Source of the DNA: Lingula anatina
Taxonomy: Eukaryota > Animalia > Brachiopoda
Length of the DNA stretch: 64,000 bases
NCBI GenBank assembly: GCA_051362555.1
Contig: CM120647.1
Location: forward strand, 17,460,651 to 17,524,650
Reading direction: 5' to 3'
Shown here: positions 1 through 12,614 of the stretch, piece after piece
How positions within the stretch are numbered: position 1 is the first letter of the stretch
Layout of the letters: every line of letters starts with the position of its first letter
Made by a program: the position numbers and the translations under genes
Notes under the pieces: generated by a model
The model's database searches: none
What the model was told of the DNA's origin: nothing
Seen by the model: the letters and a program-made list of their open reading frames with translations, nothing else

Positions 1-525
1 ATTTTGTATACGTACCAATAGATGGCTTTCTAATGCTGCAGGAATGGTAACAATTATTGTGTGTACTACACAATGCACAGCGCCTAACTGCCTTGTTTAT
101 GAGCTAATGTAATCACGATAAATGTGATTTATAGATTCCCGCATGCATCATTTTATGATTTAGTGCTTAATGTTGTATGCAAGGTAGAGAATGATATATA
201 TTGTTCACGAAAGATTGAATTATATGGCGCATATATTATAAGATTTTGTAACCAACGCCAACGCCAACGTCAACGCCAACACCAAATACAGATGAGAAAG
301 AATGAGGAGTATTGTAACATAGAGTCCGCCCTCCATTAGATCCTCACAGGTTAGGGTTAGCGTGACGTAATTGGGTCAAAATCTAGGGTGGGGCTTACCT
401 GCGAAAACCAATGAAAACCGGGCTCTCTATGGTTGGTGACACTGGGCCAGTAACATAATCTACATTTGTTTAGTTACTGACAACTTTTTTTCTGCTCTGG
501 ACCAACCACAGATACTAAGAACCTA

Positions 526-702
526 GCCCCAGTTTCACTAAAAAAAGTAAGTCAGTTCCCTGGCTTAGTTGAGTACGATTTCTACAAGAGTGCTGTTACA
601 CTGCTCCTGATTGGGGTAAGACGTACCCATGTGACCATGTAACCATGGTAATTAAGTTCTTAGCCAGGGAACCCGACTTAAGTTTTTTTGTGAAACCGGG
701 GC
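526..702. mobile_element. MITE with about 40-bp imperfect TIRs
   Basis: GCCCCAGTTTCACTAAAAAAAGTAAGTCAGTTCCCTGGCT ... AGCCAGGGAACCCGACTTAAGTTTTTTTGTGAAACCGGGGC. A shorter relative lies at about 62964-63013. Confidence 0.7.
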
Positions 703-1683
703 CTGGCAATTCAGTGGGGTACGTAGTTGGCTACAAGTGTTTTTTTAGCACAGCCTGATTGAAACCACTTCTCCAAAATACCATCCAACAGTGGCTCAAG
801 GTGTGGTTCGAGATAAAAAAAAAGAAAAAATGAAACCTCCTTGTAAAGAAAAAAACTTCATGTGAGATACCATTGCATGTTATATAAGAAAAATGGAGGA
901 ATTACATCACGGGGTCACGCCGGAGCATCAGTATGTAAAAATATATCTGTAATATTGTCTGAACAACTTGAACTCAGTATCACCTAGGATGATAGCATGT
1001 TATACGTGAGTTATTGATGGTATTCCACAGAAAACTATTAATAGAAAAGTCAGAAACGATCCCTGAAACGCGAATATGATTATATAAGCTTGTAGGTGAT
1101 CTTAGCTTGAAGTTATTTTGGGCTATTTGCAGACGACAAATTAAAAGTGATAGCTATCTCTTTAAATTGCCGGGGTCTATTTCTGTAAAATAACGCACTT
1201 TTTACCGGCTTAAATCTAAAAACTTACCTACAAGTAGGTTTAGGCAAAGGCCAATTTGGGTGTATAATTTCAGTATGAATCATGTAGCAAATGAAAAGGC
1301 GGCGTCATGGGAAATAATGAACCATATCATTATGTGACACAATATGAGCCTTTTGTGAAAATGCCATGAATGTTTGATACAACACAAATGAAGGGTTGTC
1401 GGGTTGTGTAACATAATAATACAGCATGCTGCATGCTGTAACATTTACAGAGAATTTAATAATTTAGTTTATGTACAGTTTATGTATCATTTTCATTTGT
1501 ATTTAATGTACTTCCACATTATCAGACAACGCATGAACACGAACAAATTCAACAGTATGAAAAAGTATGTAAATATTTTTTTTAATTCAGTTACAAACCA
1601 TGTATATCATGATACCACGTTTTACTTTAACGATTTATCGGAGAATCCAATCCCATACTAAAGAGAGACGAAGTTTCACATTC

Positions 1684-1945
1684 ACCTACCTCCCTCCCAA
1701 CCTACCTACCTGCCTGCCAAATTACCTATTTGCCTACCTACCTGCCTACCTACCTGTCTACCTGCCTGCCTACCTACCTGTCTACCTACCTGTCTACCTA
1801 CCTGCCTACCTACCTGCCTACCTACCTACCTACCTACCTACCTACAGGTACCTGCCTACCTTCCTGCCTGCCTGCCTACCTACCTACCTGCCTACCTACC
1901 TCTCTACCTACCTACCTGCCTACCTACCTACCTACCTACTTACCC
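1684..1945. repeat. (CCTA)n/(CCTG)n tetranucleotide microsatellite
   Basis: Direct reading. It explains the YLPT-type ORFs. Confidence 0.95.
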
Positions 1946-2934
1946 ATCTACCAACCCATCAACCTATTCATTTATCTGACTTTAAGAGACTAAGTAATAT
2001 ACACAGAGAGAGATAATAATAGCGGAGATATTTGACCAAACCTCCACAGAAAGTACCATTTGCAGCTCTGGGAACCCGATCCCAGCCTCGATCACCTGCC
2101 AGAGATACCATTCACCACATGTAATTGCTCTAATGTATTGACCACCTAACCCTAAACTGGAAAGTAATTGTCGTAATTGCTGAAATAACAAAAAAACCAA
2201 CGAGCAGCGTAACTTACATACACAAGCGGTACTTTTATCTGTACCTGTGAGTGGAGCTTTAGCCTATAGATTTTACCTCTAACATCAAGTGGCCTGTTTG
2301 TTGTATGGGTTGGAAATAATTCATGTTAAAAAGGAGTAGGTGTTTTAAAGAGCTATTAATTGTTTAGTATCTGTATATTCATATGGCTGGATGCAGCGTG
2401 CATAGCATAGATTGTGACTCTCTGTGGTAAATAAGTGCTTTTAAACAGCTATCATGTCTATAGGACCAGCGTTCTGATGATGATATGCATTGATTATCGT
2501 TTATAATATACGAGATTTTAAAGCGTCTGACAGATTTGAAATGTCAGTGTGTGTATGGTGTATATGTCCATATGAGCATGTACTAGTGTGTGTTTTTGCG
2601 TGTGCGTGTGTGTGAAACTATAAACATATGTACGTAACTCTATTCTGTCGTGAATGAACATAATGTGAATAAAATATTTTGTGTCCATTGTTTCAGAAGA
2701 GGTCAGCACGGGAAGCGCTGTATAGGACAACTGTCCTAGTCCTAACGGGATTACGGAGAACATATATTGAGCAGGTTGACCTGAAACAGCCATCACCAGG
2801 AAAAGAATAGACCAAAGCCAGTAGCACTGCTTTAATTACATTTCAGTCGAAAATCAATTTGAAGATAAAATCGATACATACAGGTTGAAATTTTACAAAA
2901 TTCATTCAGTTGGTGGAATTTTTATGGAGGAATT

Positions 2935-3300
2935 TTAAGCGCACGCGCGCGCGGGAGATATCCCGCTGATCGTCTGCTGTATGTTGTGTTGAACGTCTGC
3001 TCCGAGCAATAATGGACAGCGAGGATTGCAGATAAGTAGTGTCATGAGATTTCTGAGTGCTGGAAGTATAGGGCTGGTGCTGTGCCGCGTATACGTTAGA
3101 TGGAAGGCAGCTAATCGATAAGTTGCCCGCACATAGGCGTAAGGCAGTAGAAACGACCAACAGCGATATATAGACTCCATAGTCACCGCCATATTTTTCA
3201 CGGCAGCATCCATACGATAGAAATAGATCGTTATTTACTTGTTGAAAATGAGAGAAAATTAGGAGTGGAATTGCGTCGAGTGAGAGCGGGGAATCGTACC
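2935..3300 (+). promoter_or_regulatory. CpG-rich probable Shaw promoter/5'UTR
   Basis: GCGCACGCGCGCGCGGG and high CpG density directly upstream of the Shaw ATG. Confidence 0.45.
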
Positions 3301-3465
3301 TAAAATGGATGTCACACAACATTTATATGGATTAATACCACTGTTATGTTTCTAGAAGGAATTCAGTGGAATTTCAGAGGAAAAATTGTACCTTCAAGGT
3401 GTAATCTAAGCTGAACGCCATTTTAGTGCTTTTGCATCGGCAAGTAGGGAGTGAAAACGTTCCAA

Positions 3466-4002
3466 ATGGCTGGGTCAGATTTCTACGCCGGGATTTCAGA
3501 CTCGGAAAACAGAGTCATTCTAAACGTCGGAGGGATACGACATGAGACCTACAAAGCGACCTTAAAGAAAATCCCAGCCACGAGACTGTCGCGTCTCACG
3601 GAGGCCTTGGCAAATTACGACCCCGTACTTAATGAGTACTTCTTCGATCGTCACCCGGGGGTCTTCGCGCAAATCCTGAACTACTACAGAACCGGGAAAC
3701 TGCACTATCCCACCGATGTGTGTGGTCCGCTTTTCGAGGAGGAGCTGGAATTTTGGGGGCTGGACTCGAACCAAGTGGAGCCGTGTTGCTGGATGACGTA
3801 CACGGCCCACAGAGACACGCAGGAGACTTTGTCCATATTGGACAGACTGGATCTGGACACGGACAAGCCGACGGCGGAGGACATTATGAAAAAGTTCGGA
3901 CTCGAGGACGCTTACAAAGCGGGCGATCTCAACTGCTGGCAGAGAGTGGCACCAAAGATTTATGCCCTGTTTGATGAGCCGTACTCTTCCATGTGGGCAA
4001 AG
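3466..4002 (+). CDS. Shaw: Shaw/Kv3 voltage-gated potassium channel, coding exon 1 (T1/BTB tetramerisation domain)
   Basis: ATG at 3466 (in-frame TAG upstream). Reads [31 protein letters not shown]...[42 protein letters not shown]...VEPCCW, with the HX5CX20CC Zn site. Ends at donor AAG/gtaaga, phase 0. Confidence 0.97.
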
Positions 4003-4807
4003 GTAAGACATATGGCACATTGTCACAACTAATGCACTGTCACACCTAACGCATTGTCACACCTAACACAATGTCACATCTTACACATTGTTTTTCGTAT
4101 ATACATGTACTTTTCTATTACAAGGAAAATTGTCTATGTTATTCCGTCCGTTGAAGGCAAAACAAGTACTTGTCTGGAATTATCTGGTCATACTATATCG
4201 AAACAGGGTAACTTGAAACACTAATGTGACAAAAATGTATTTGGCTATGGATGAAATGACCAAGATGTGATACATGTAGCAGGTGGAAATATGCTGGTGT
4301 ATGAACAATAAGAACAACACTTGCGTATTTGATCTGAACAAAATATGACACGTGTGATACGAGATTGGTTGATTTATACAGCATATGGATTATACAAACA
4401 CTTGAACCTACTAATGTTTGATTAGTAAGTTGGCTCTTTTGAATCGATACAGCGAATACGGTGATAGCTAGTCTTACATCTGTAATTCTATATGAGAGTT
4501 TAATAAACCACCCGTACAAGCACCGTATAAATATGCAACCAAGAGTCTATTATCTCGATTAACAAACCAAAATAACCAAAACTGGAGCTTCACCGCAACA
4601 TAGCTGGCAAAGTCAAAACGCTCTTAACATTTTGCTACATTCAGTATATTATTAGAGTAATTTTGTTTCTTCTGAAAATTCAGTGAAAGCAGGTTTTGTG
4701 TATTTTAATCGTTTGTGTACCAAATTAAATCTCAGCATGAAGCCAATCTTTTTTGGTATACGAAAGAAACAGGAATACATATTGCAGATTAAAAGACATT
4801 GGCAAAC

Positions 4808-4809
<2 letters not shown>

Positions 4810-4884
<75 letters not shown>
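4810..4884. repeat. (TA)n microsatellite
   Basis: Direct reading. Confidence 0.97.
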
Positions 4885-4887
<3 letters not shown>

Positions 4888-5653
4888 GCATGTACCAATC
4901 CAAATGTCCATATAAAGACGCAACCCTGTGCGTTAAGTATATTTGGAGAGTGTGAGATCGCGTAAGCAGCTTTCCGAAACTTGGAAAATAGACAAGCAAC
5001 GCTGTTAACTTGGCATATGAAATGGCACGTGCGTTGCGTAACATTTTAAATGTTAAAAGTTTCGCCATTCATATTTGCTGGGTGGTAGGCTGTGGAAGTT
5101 GGCAAAAAACAAAAATAAAAAATCAAGGCACAAAAGTATTATTACGCACAATTTCTGGGAACAATTTCCACTGTACCATGCCTTTCCTAACATTAAGATC
5201 AGCAATTTTTCTCCCTGCTTTTTGCAGAAATTTGAATGAGGCCATTGCAATATACGTGATTTGCAGGCTATCTAAGGACCAAGTGTACATTTGAACTTAC
5301 AGTTGATCTCTTAGACTAATCAGCAATTATCCGCGATCGCTGTAAATGCTCTCTCTTCACCTGAATGAGATGCACATATGTGAAAAGCGTGCATGTTGTC
5401 AAAGAGACTTTGTCTTGTATTATCATGATGAGTGTAGTTCCTGGAATTACGTGAAAATTTCCACGAGGAGAACACATTATCGGGACCTGTGGGCTTGCAG
5501 TTATTATTATTTCTTTTTATATAGCAAGACGTTGGAGTTGTTCACGTCTTTCAGAATGCACAGCTCTTGAACATCATTATTAACCAGCAACATTAACTGT
5601 TATACCATTACCGATTACCGCCGCGACGCCTTAATATTTTGTCCCCACTCCCC

Positions 5654-5693
<40 letters not shown>

Positions 5694-6069
5694 GATTGCG
5701 TCTTACCCAGCATTAATATTGTACATGCAAGTTGAACCGTGCACTATGTCTTCCTTTAATGGGTCTCACGAGTGCACGAGAACTCCTATCCCCTGATTAT
5801 CATTACCAGACCCATGGGGGCCGGGGAAGACTTGGCCGCGTAGACTTTCATTGGAACTGGACTAATTATATTACCACGGAGCCCAGGGAAATGAGATATT
5901 GCGTCCAAAGGTTCTGCATCGTGTCTCTGTATGATTAAAAGAAAATACGGCTCGATATCCGGAATTTGAGCCGCGATGCTGTCATTATTATGATTATCAT
6001 ACGACAAATAGGTACGGCGGAGAGGGATCCATGCTCTGGTTTGGTGCGTAGGGCCACTGTTTATTAAAA

Positions 6070-6156
6070 TACGTTTGAGATAATACGCTGTCACTTGAAC
6101 GATACATGCCTACGTTTGAGATAATACGCTGTCACTTGAACGATACATGCCTACGT
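6070..6156. repeat. Perfect 41-bp tandem duplication
   Basis: TACGTTTGAGATAATACGCTGTCACTTGAACGATACATGCC x2, plus TACGT. Confidence 0.92.
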
Positions 6157-8587
6157 CAGCAAGGGGTGTTCAAGTCACATATTACGAGAAGGCTGCAATT
6201 GCATATTTTGACTTGCATACCGAGAAAATGTGCTCGAATTTAAACGATTAAGAAATATTGAATAAAAAAGAACAATTTATTCTATGATTAAGCCAAACCA
6301 AAGCTATAAGATAGTACCTTTGCCCTAAAACCGGCCATTATTTTACCTAAATGTGGCATACGTGTTGCATGCCATTTCATTGCAATATAAATAGATGTAT
6401 GTGCATAGAACAGTGGGTTCCGTCGCCAATTGCTGCATCCCATTGTGTTTCTGAAACATGGCAATGGCACATAAAATTGATTTGGTTATGCCTGGGTATG
6501 TAAACATCTCCCATGTCGCTGTAATAATCCAAGTGCCATATTGTAGACAAGTCAAAACAAAATCACAATGCGGGCGAATATGATAAGTCGATTATGCATT
6601 GCAGCAAAATGGCGACCATTGGTTTCTTTCGAGCATGGCAAACGGATTTGTATACGGAGTCGTCGTTAACTTCTAACCTGCTCATAGCTTGGGTTTAATT
6701 TGTCAAATAATTTCATTTTTTTTTTTGTCGTTGTTGTTGTTGCAGAATATTCACTTAATAAAATCTTTGTGACAATGGCCAATATATAGGAGACACTCTA
6801 CCGTTTTTAACCGTTAAATATTAAGGGGCTCTGTCTGCCCTGTAGATAGTGATACAGCCTACCCGCAATATATGGTTTTATGTTGAACCATTACTTATAT
6901 GTAGATATACTTGCACTACGGATATCATTAAAAAGCCATTAGTGATATGATACGGGAGGAGGTAAAGTTGACATTTGAATAATTTTATTCAATTATTTTT
7001 AGGTCGCTGATGAATTGAATGCTATGGGGGCAGTTGGGATTATTAATTGTAATCACGAAGCGGGCGGAGTGGCTTTGAGTTGGGATTTTCAAGTCTATTT
7101 TGTATATACACAAGTATTTTAGAATGATTCAATGCCATTGATAATGACTAGGGAAAGAAAGAAAGAAAGAAAGAAAGAAAGAGAGAAAGAAAGAAAGAAA
7201 GCGGCATCATCAATTGCCAAGACATAAAAATCCGACATTTTGTAATATTTTATTTGCCAGTAGTTTTTTAAGTGTTTTACATCACATCAGCCACCACAAT
7301 GCATGCATATACCGTACCTGTCTGCGTATACTTGAATATGTATTTACGATACATAATTGAACGCCACAAATCATCATAAGCTATTACTCCGATGATATAG
7401 AGGGGGCAGACGCGGCGTAATTTACTTCCTGTGGCACTGGCAGTAAATCAAAAGGCTCTGGAAACTGTTCTCTTCTCCAAACTACCGCGGTTCATTGAGA
7501 GCCATAGTCTACACAGGTGAATGTGAAACACGACAACAGAATGATAAGTATTTCTCTTCCTCTTTCATCACTCCTTGCGATTGATGAGGTACATGCAGTG
7601 CTTTTCGGCTATCAGTTGTACGACTAATTCAAAGAGGGGATGTTTAACTTTGATATCAAAACGTATCGTGTGTTTATAGACGAAGATAGACCCTACTTTG
7701 TAAAACACGAAAACACAATGACTAACATTCGAAACGCCCTTCATGTGTAGCTAAAATAACCTCAGTGTTTTCCCAAATAATGAAGTATTATTCGGAATAG
7801 CCCTGTCAGTTTTATGCCGGCATAAACCATGCGGTGCGGTTCCTGAATGCCACGTCTCAATTGATTCCTCCCTGACCGTTTTATGTTCAAAATGCATTTT
7901 AACAACGTATTTTTGGCCTCTGGTATTAAATGCCTTTCTGTGGTTTGGGGTCTTCCTTGTTTTAATGTGGCAATCGTGGCGCATGTACGGATATGATAAG
8001 ACTAATAGGTTGCATTATTTTCGCACCATTTTATAAAAAACTCCGATTGCGGCAAAATATATTTATACAAGCAAAAAACCTTCTTATGGAAAGATGCCCC
8101 ACTCTGCACAGCGATTATCTTAATTTGCTCCAATACACGTCAAACATATTCGTCATATTAGCTCTGTCTGAGTTGAGTTGGAATTTTTTGCATCAACGAA
8201 AAGAAAAAAAAACAGCTACAGAATGCTCTCCACACGTTGAAATATCAGCCAAAGGCAATTTTCTCAGGTATCAGTTTCCTTCTTGCACCTGTGCGTTCTA
8301 TTCCTTTTAAATTCAACATCTGCTTCATCGTGATTGTCTGCATTATAAGAAGATCAATTCCGCTTATATCTTATTCTAGGATTTATCTCATATGTGTGTG
8401 TTTGAACCTTTATTTCTTTTATGTTATACTCAGGTGAAATAGTTCACCTTTACATCGTGTATACTGTAGAAGTATAATATGGCTCACAAATTAAGTGATA
8501 CATTAAATGAAGTCCAGTAAAGTTGGGAAAAAGTTATGGGTTTGATATTTTCAGTGAAAGGAGGGTTTCGTTCGAGCTTCGTGCTTG

Positions 8588-8622
<35 letters not shown>

Positions 8623-9282
8623 ACTTGCATTTCAAAAAGAACATTAATCTATGTGTGCGTGTTTGTATACCTGTTTGCGTTATTTGTATGTGTGTTTGAA
8701 GGTGTGTTTAAGTGAGTGTTTGTATGTGTGTGTGTGTTCGTGTTTGTGGGCGATCGTTAGCCTCTCAATCACAAGAAGCACGCATTCTCATTTATTTCAA
8801 TACAAAAACACGAATCACCCCATAAATATACACACACCAGAAATGTGGCAGTAATTCCACTTTATTGCTTGCAGGCAAAGCAACATTGGCCAAAGGTCCC
8901 GGTGCTGAAAGGCCAAACGGTTAACTACTGCATAGTTTACATATGTCAAAGCACAGTATATATACAGTGTATCACGCCGTACAGATGAGTAAATATTTAC
9001 TGTTCCCAAGCAAGAATTCGATAAGATTGAATAAGGAAGTTAGAACGGCCCACTTCACCCCGAGATGCTGTACACAAGCCAAAGCCAGATGCCTGATAAC
9101 GATTTCGTTCACAGATTGGCGCACAATATTCAGCTGATTAGTTTGCTTTTAAGAATCTTTCTTCCTCAATAATTTAGGTCATACCGCAATAATTAAGTGG
9201 CAAGCTGCACTTTCGACGCTCTGCCTAATGTACGATTCATGAAATATAGATTGGTGGTGCTCCTGCCTTATTCCTCCCTTCG

Positions 9283-9285
<3 letters not shown>

Positions 9286-9334
<49 letters not shown>

Positions 9335-9590
9335 GAGGACACACACACACACTTTTCATGTGATTTGACATTATTTCTTTATTGTCATTTGCTTTCACAT
9401 ATTCGATTATTTATCTCGCTGTGTGTGTGTGTGTGTGTGTGTGCGTGTGTGTGTGTGTGTCTAAGAGAGAGAGAGGGGGATAATTAAAGAGAGAAAGATG
9501 AGGATGAAAGAGAGAGAGAAGGGAGATAGGGAGGAGGAGGAGACACAGAAGAGAAAAGAGTGCAGGAACGGATAGACAGACAAATCATCG

Positions 9591-9635
<45 letters not shown>
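9286..9635. repeat. Microsatellite cluster (CT)n, (CA)n, (GT)n, GA-rich, (CT)n
   Basis: Direct reading. Confidence 0.9.
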
Positions 9636-9637
<2 letters not shown>

Positions 9638-10518
9638 GTCACTTTAAATCTGACTCAAATGTTAAGAAAGTACCTTTTAATGGCACTAAACACGCCTTAA
9701 GCACGCTGCTAAAAGCGCATATAGAGACAACATCAATAAGAGATCAGTTTCATAAGTAGCTATGCAACATAAAAACTCAGGGGGCAAACCCAAGGTGTCA
9801 AATGCTCCATAAAAGCGGATTTTGATCGCGTTTTCCACACTTTTCTCTTGATACATCTGATGGTCATTTTTTTTTTCTTTTTCTTTCGTTTAAGGGTGGG
9901 GTCACAGGAAATATTTTAAATTTGAGATTATCTTGACCCTGTGAAACTACCAGGTACTAGTTCCCCCTCTTTCACTTTCTGTTCCTTTCTGTGTACTCTC
10001 TGGGCAATAAGAGGATCAGCGGAGAATGAGACCCTCAGATTGAGGGAAGGCCTTTAACGACTTCAGAAAATAGATTACGCCAAGAATTAGGTGAATTTAA
10101 AAATCAGTTGCAAGAAAGTCAGGGAAGCTTTCCGTCATTTTGATGAGAGAGTTCTCAGAGAAAGAAAGGGAATATGATTCAGACCATGGCCACGTGCTCA
10201 GCCACAGAGATCGAGGTTCTACAGTGATTGCTCAGGGAATGTTTTCACCGTCAGATGCGCTGTAGACAATTCCCAGTGAAAGGGAATAACAACAGCAATT
10301 CAGATGCTAATAGCAGTACAGCATGGCAATTAGTACACTTACCTGATTAACGGATGTCACTGGCAAGTGACAGACTTTAGTATTAGTCTTTTCAGTGTTA
10401 GCTAAGAGTTGACTGTTGGTATCCAAGGTACATTGCAGGTTTTCGAGCTCACATTGTGAATTTTTAATAGTAATAATTGCTATTGGGTAATAAGTTTTTG
10501 TTTTTTTTTTGTCTCTTA

Positions 10519-11852
10519 GGAATTGATATTGAAGCTTCAGATCAAATTATCAGATGACTTGCTGATGGCGTTATTCTGCCATTTACATGTGAACTTGAGG
10601 GTTTGACATTAGCTAACAATGATTTCGGAATGGACATTTGTTTGTCGGAAGAGAATTTAGAAAAATTTCTTTCACTTTGTGCAATTAAAAAATGCAATTC
10701 TAGACCAAAATGTGTCTCGGCCACCAATAAGATATGTACCAAAAGAAAAGGGGTAATTAGAATGATTATGGGTGTGAGCACTTGACCATCCCCCCCCCCC
10801 CAATCATTCAGGAACGAGGATATAAACATTGTCAAAGATATGGCCTGCAGCATTTCAGTGTCAGGGTACTCAAAACGGATTCCATCATATAGCAGTAAAG
10901 AGAGGCTTTCGAACTTATGCAGGTTACATGTGAAAGTACCACCATTGAAAAGTGCCTGTGTGGTAGGAAAATGTATTGCAATGGCAACATCAGTCACGCC
11001 AGCCAAGTTTATGTTAAAAGCAACATACAGATAACCAGAACAGAGAAAAACATGGACAATGCAGCAATCACAATATCGCAACGGTGAACAAATGCAGTCG
11101 ACAATGAGAAATCATCTACCATGCACAATGTAAAATTGGACTTATGCCCCCAATATTGTCTTGGAATGTGTTCATGGGACTCTCATTGAATGTCAAGGCA
11201 AACGTCAAATTATCGAGGGTCAGTGACCATACTACTTGTTCTATATACTTGCATAGAAAAACTCAAAGGCCACTCAGTGCAGTTATTTCCAGAAAACATA
11301 ACAGCCATTGCATGTATGTCAACCACAACCACAAAGGGGGGTCTTGCACAGTTATGACATGAGTAATAATAGCAGTTTATAACAGTCTGGTCGGAAACTT
11401 TGGAAACAGGTATAGAACTACCTTGTTGCCACGTCAGTGGGATGAAAAAATGTACTACTTGACCAAATATCAAGAATCGTAGGTCGTCACAATCGGATGC
11501 TGCAGCCACAGGTATTAGGCTACATCAACAGGGGGACTCCATACAGGGGACATATTAGCCTCATACGCCAGCATACGGCTAACGCAATATGACACTCAAT
11601 ATGTAGACTTAAACAAAGAGGGCATAGATAATTTAGTGGCATCAGAATTGGGGTGGATACAATTTTGTTAATGCACCATATTGCTTTTTCTTACCGGGAA
11701 TACTAAATGCCATAGAACAACAAAGAGCGGAGGCAACTTATATTGCATCATGAACGACAGCCCAACTTTGGTTTCGACAGGTTGAAAAATATTGGCATGG
11801 CGCCTCCTATACGTCTTTTCGACAGCCTAAACTTAGTCCCTGAGCCGTTTCG
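10519..11852 (+). mobile_element. Highly decayed DIRS-like (tyrosine-recombinase class) retrotransposon remnant: RT, RNase H and methyltransferase-like fragments
   Basis: Frameshifted peptides in the expected order: ASDQIIR*LADGVILPF, FRNEDINIVKDM, NGFHHIAV, VGKCIAMATSVTPAKFMLKATYR, LKGHSVQLFPENITAIA/YVNH..KGGS, QNWGGYNFVNAPY, ILNAIEQQRAEATYIA, APPIRL. Confidence 0.72.
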
Positions 11853-12555
11853 GTTGGGCCACACAGAGTCCACTGATATACCAACTACTGTCAGGTTACT
11901 GAACCTGCACCTCTATTGCGAGAACTTGTTGCTGCATTTGAGTCTGAAATGGTATAATTTACGCGAATCACAAAATTCGGTTTTTTTGATACAACGGATT
12001 TGCACCTGTTACCTCTTAACCATTCAACACCTCTCTTTTGAACTACAGGCAAAACGCACTGTATTCGATTTGCACAAAAATTTTAGCAAAAGGTAAGGTG
12101 CATACTTTTGGCCCTAAAATTTGGTCCGCTTCGGTTAAAGATAAACCCATAGCAGTCCACTTAAATTAAGGTAGTCATGGTCTGAAAAATCAGCCATGCC
12201 TGTATTCTTATAAAACATATTTGATATGATTGGATTAGTGCTGGTTCAGCTTGCGTTACAACTTTCAGTATAAAAGTTCATAGCAATTTTGGCCTAAAGT
12301 TCTTTTGTATATCTCGCCCCTGAATATGGGCCTAGCTTGAAAAGGTCATAGTTGCTTTTATTGCATTTGAATCTCTCAACGTTCACGGTAAAAGGAGAGA
12401 GAAATGGGAAGGTTTTTCCTCGGGCAGATGTATAGGGAGCGCAGAGTTTCATTAGCCGACAGTGGCTATAAAATGTACTATAAATGCATGTCTGTTAACA
12501 GATGTAGATCGATAATATGTCAAATATCACCAACTCCCCTGTAGTCAAGAATAAA

Positions 12556-12614
12556 TTATATTATATTATATTATATTATATTATATTATATTATATTATA
12601 TTATATTATATTAT
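12556..12614. repeat. (ATTAT)n pentanucleotide microsatellite
   Basis: Direct reading. Confidence 0.95.

Noticed and set aside
1600-2016. ORFs of 138 and 87 aa with YLPT/YLPA repeats
   Set aside because: Translation of a (CCTA)n microsatellite.
2697-2774. Possible upstream Shaw exon (tttcag...CAG/gttgac) adding an N-terminal extension
   Set aside because: Weak donor, and an in-frame TAG upstream of the Shaw ATG blocks extension. At most a UTR exon.
3562-4026. Antisense and alternate-frame ORFs over Shaw, UGT, NXPE-like, SLC25A51 and LINE coding regions
   Set aside because: Expected shadows of real coding sequence, with no independent motifs.
7395-7605. LLAIDEVHAV peptide resembling helicase motif II
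   Set aside because: Isolated 10-residue match without a convincing motif I or an open frame.
10542-11081. 179-aa minus-strand ORF
   Set aside because: Antisense shadow of the decayed DIRS-like RT on the plus strand. No recognisable domain.
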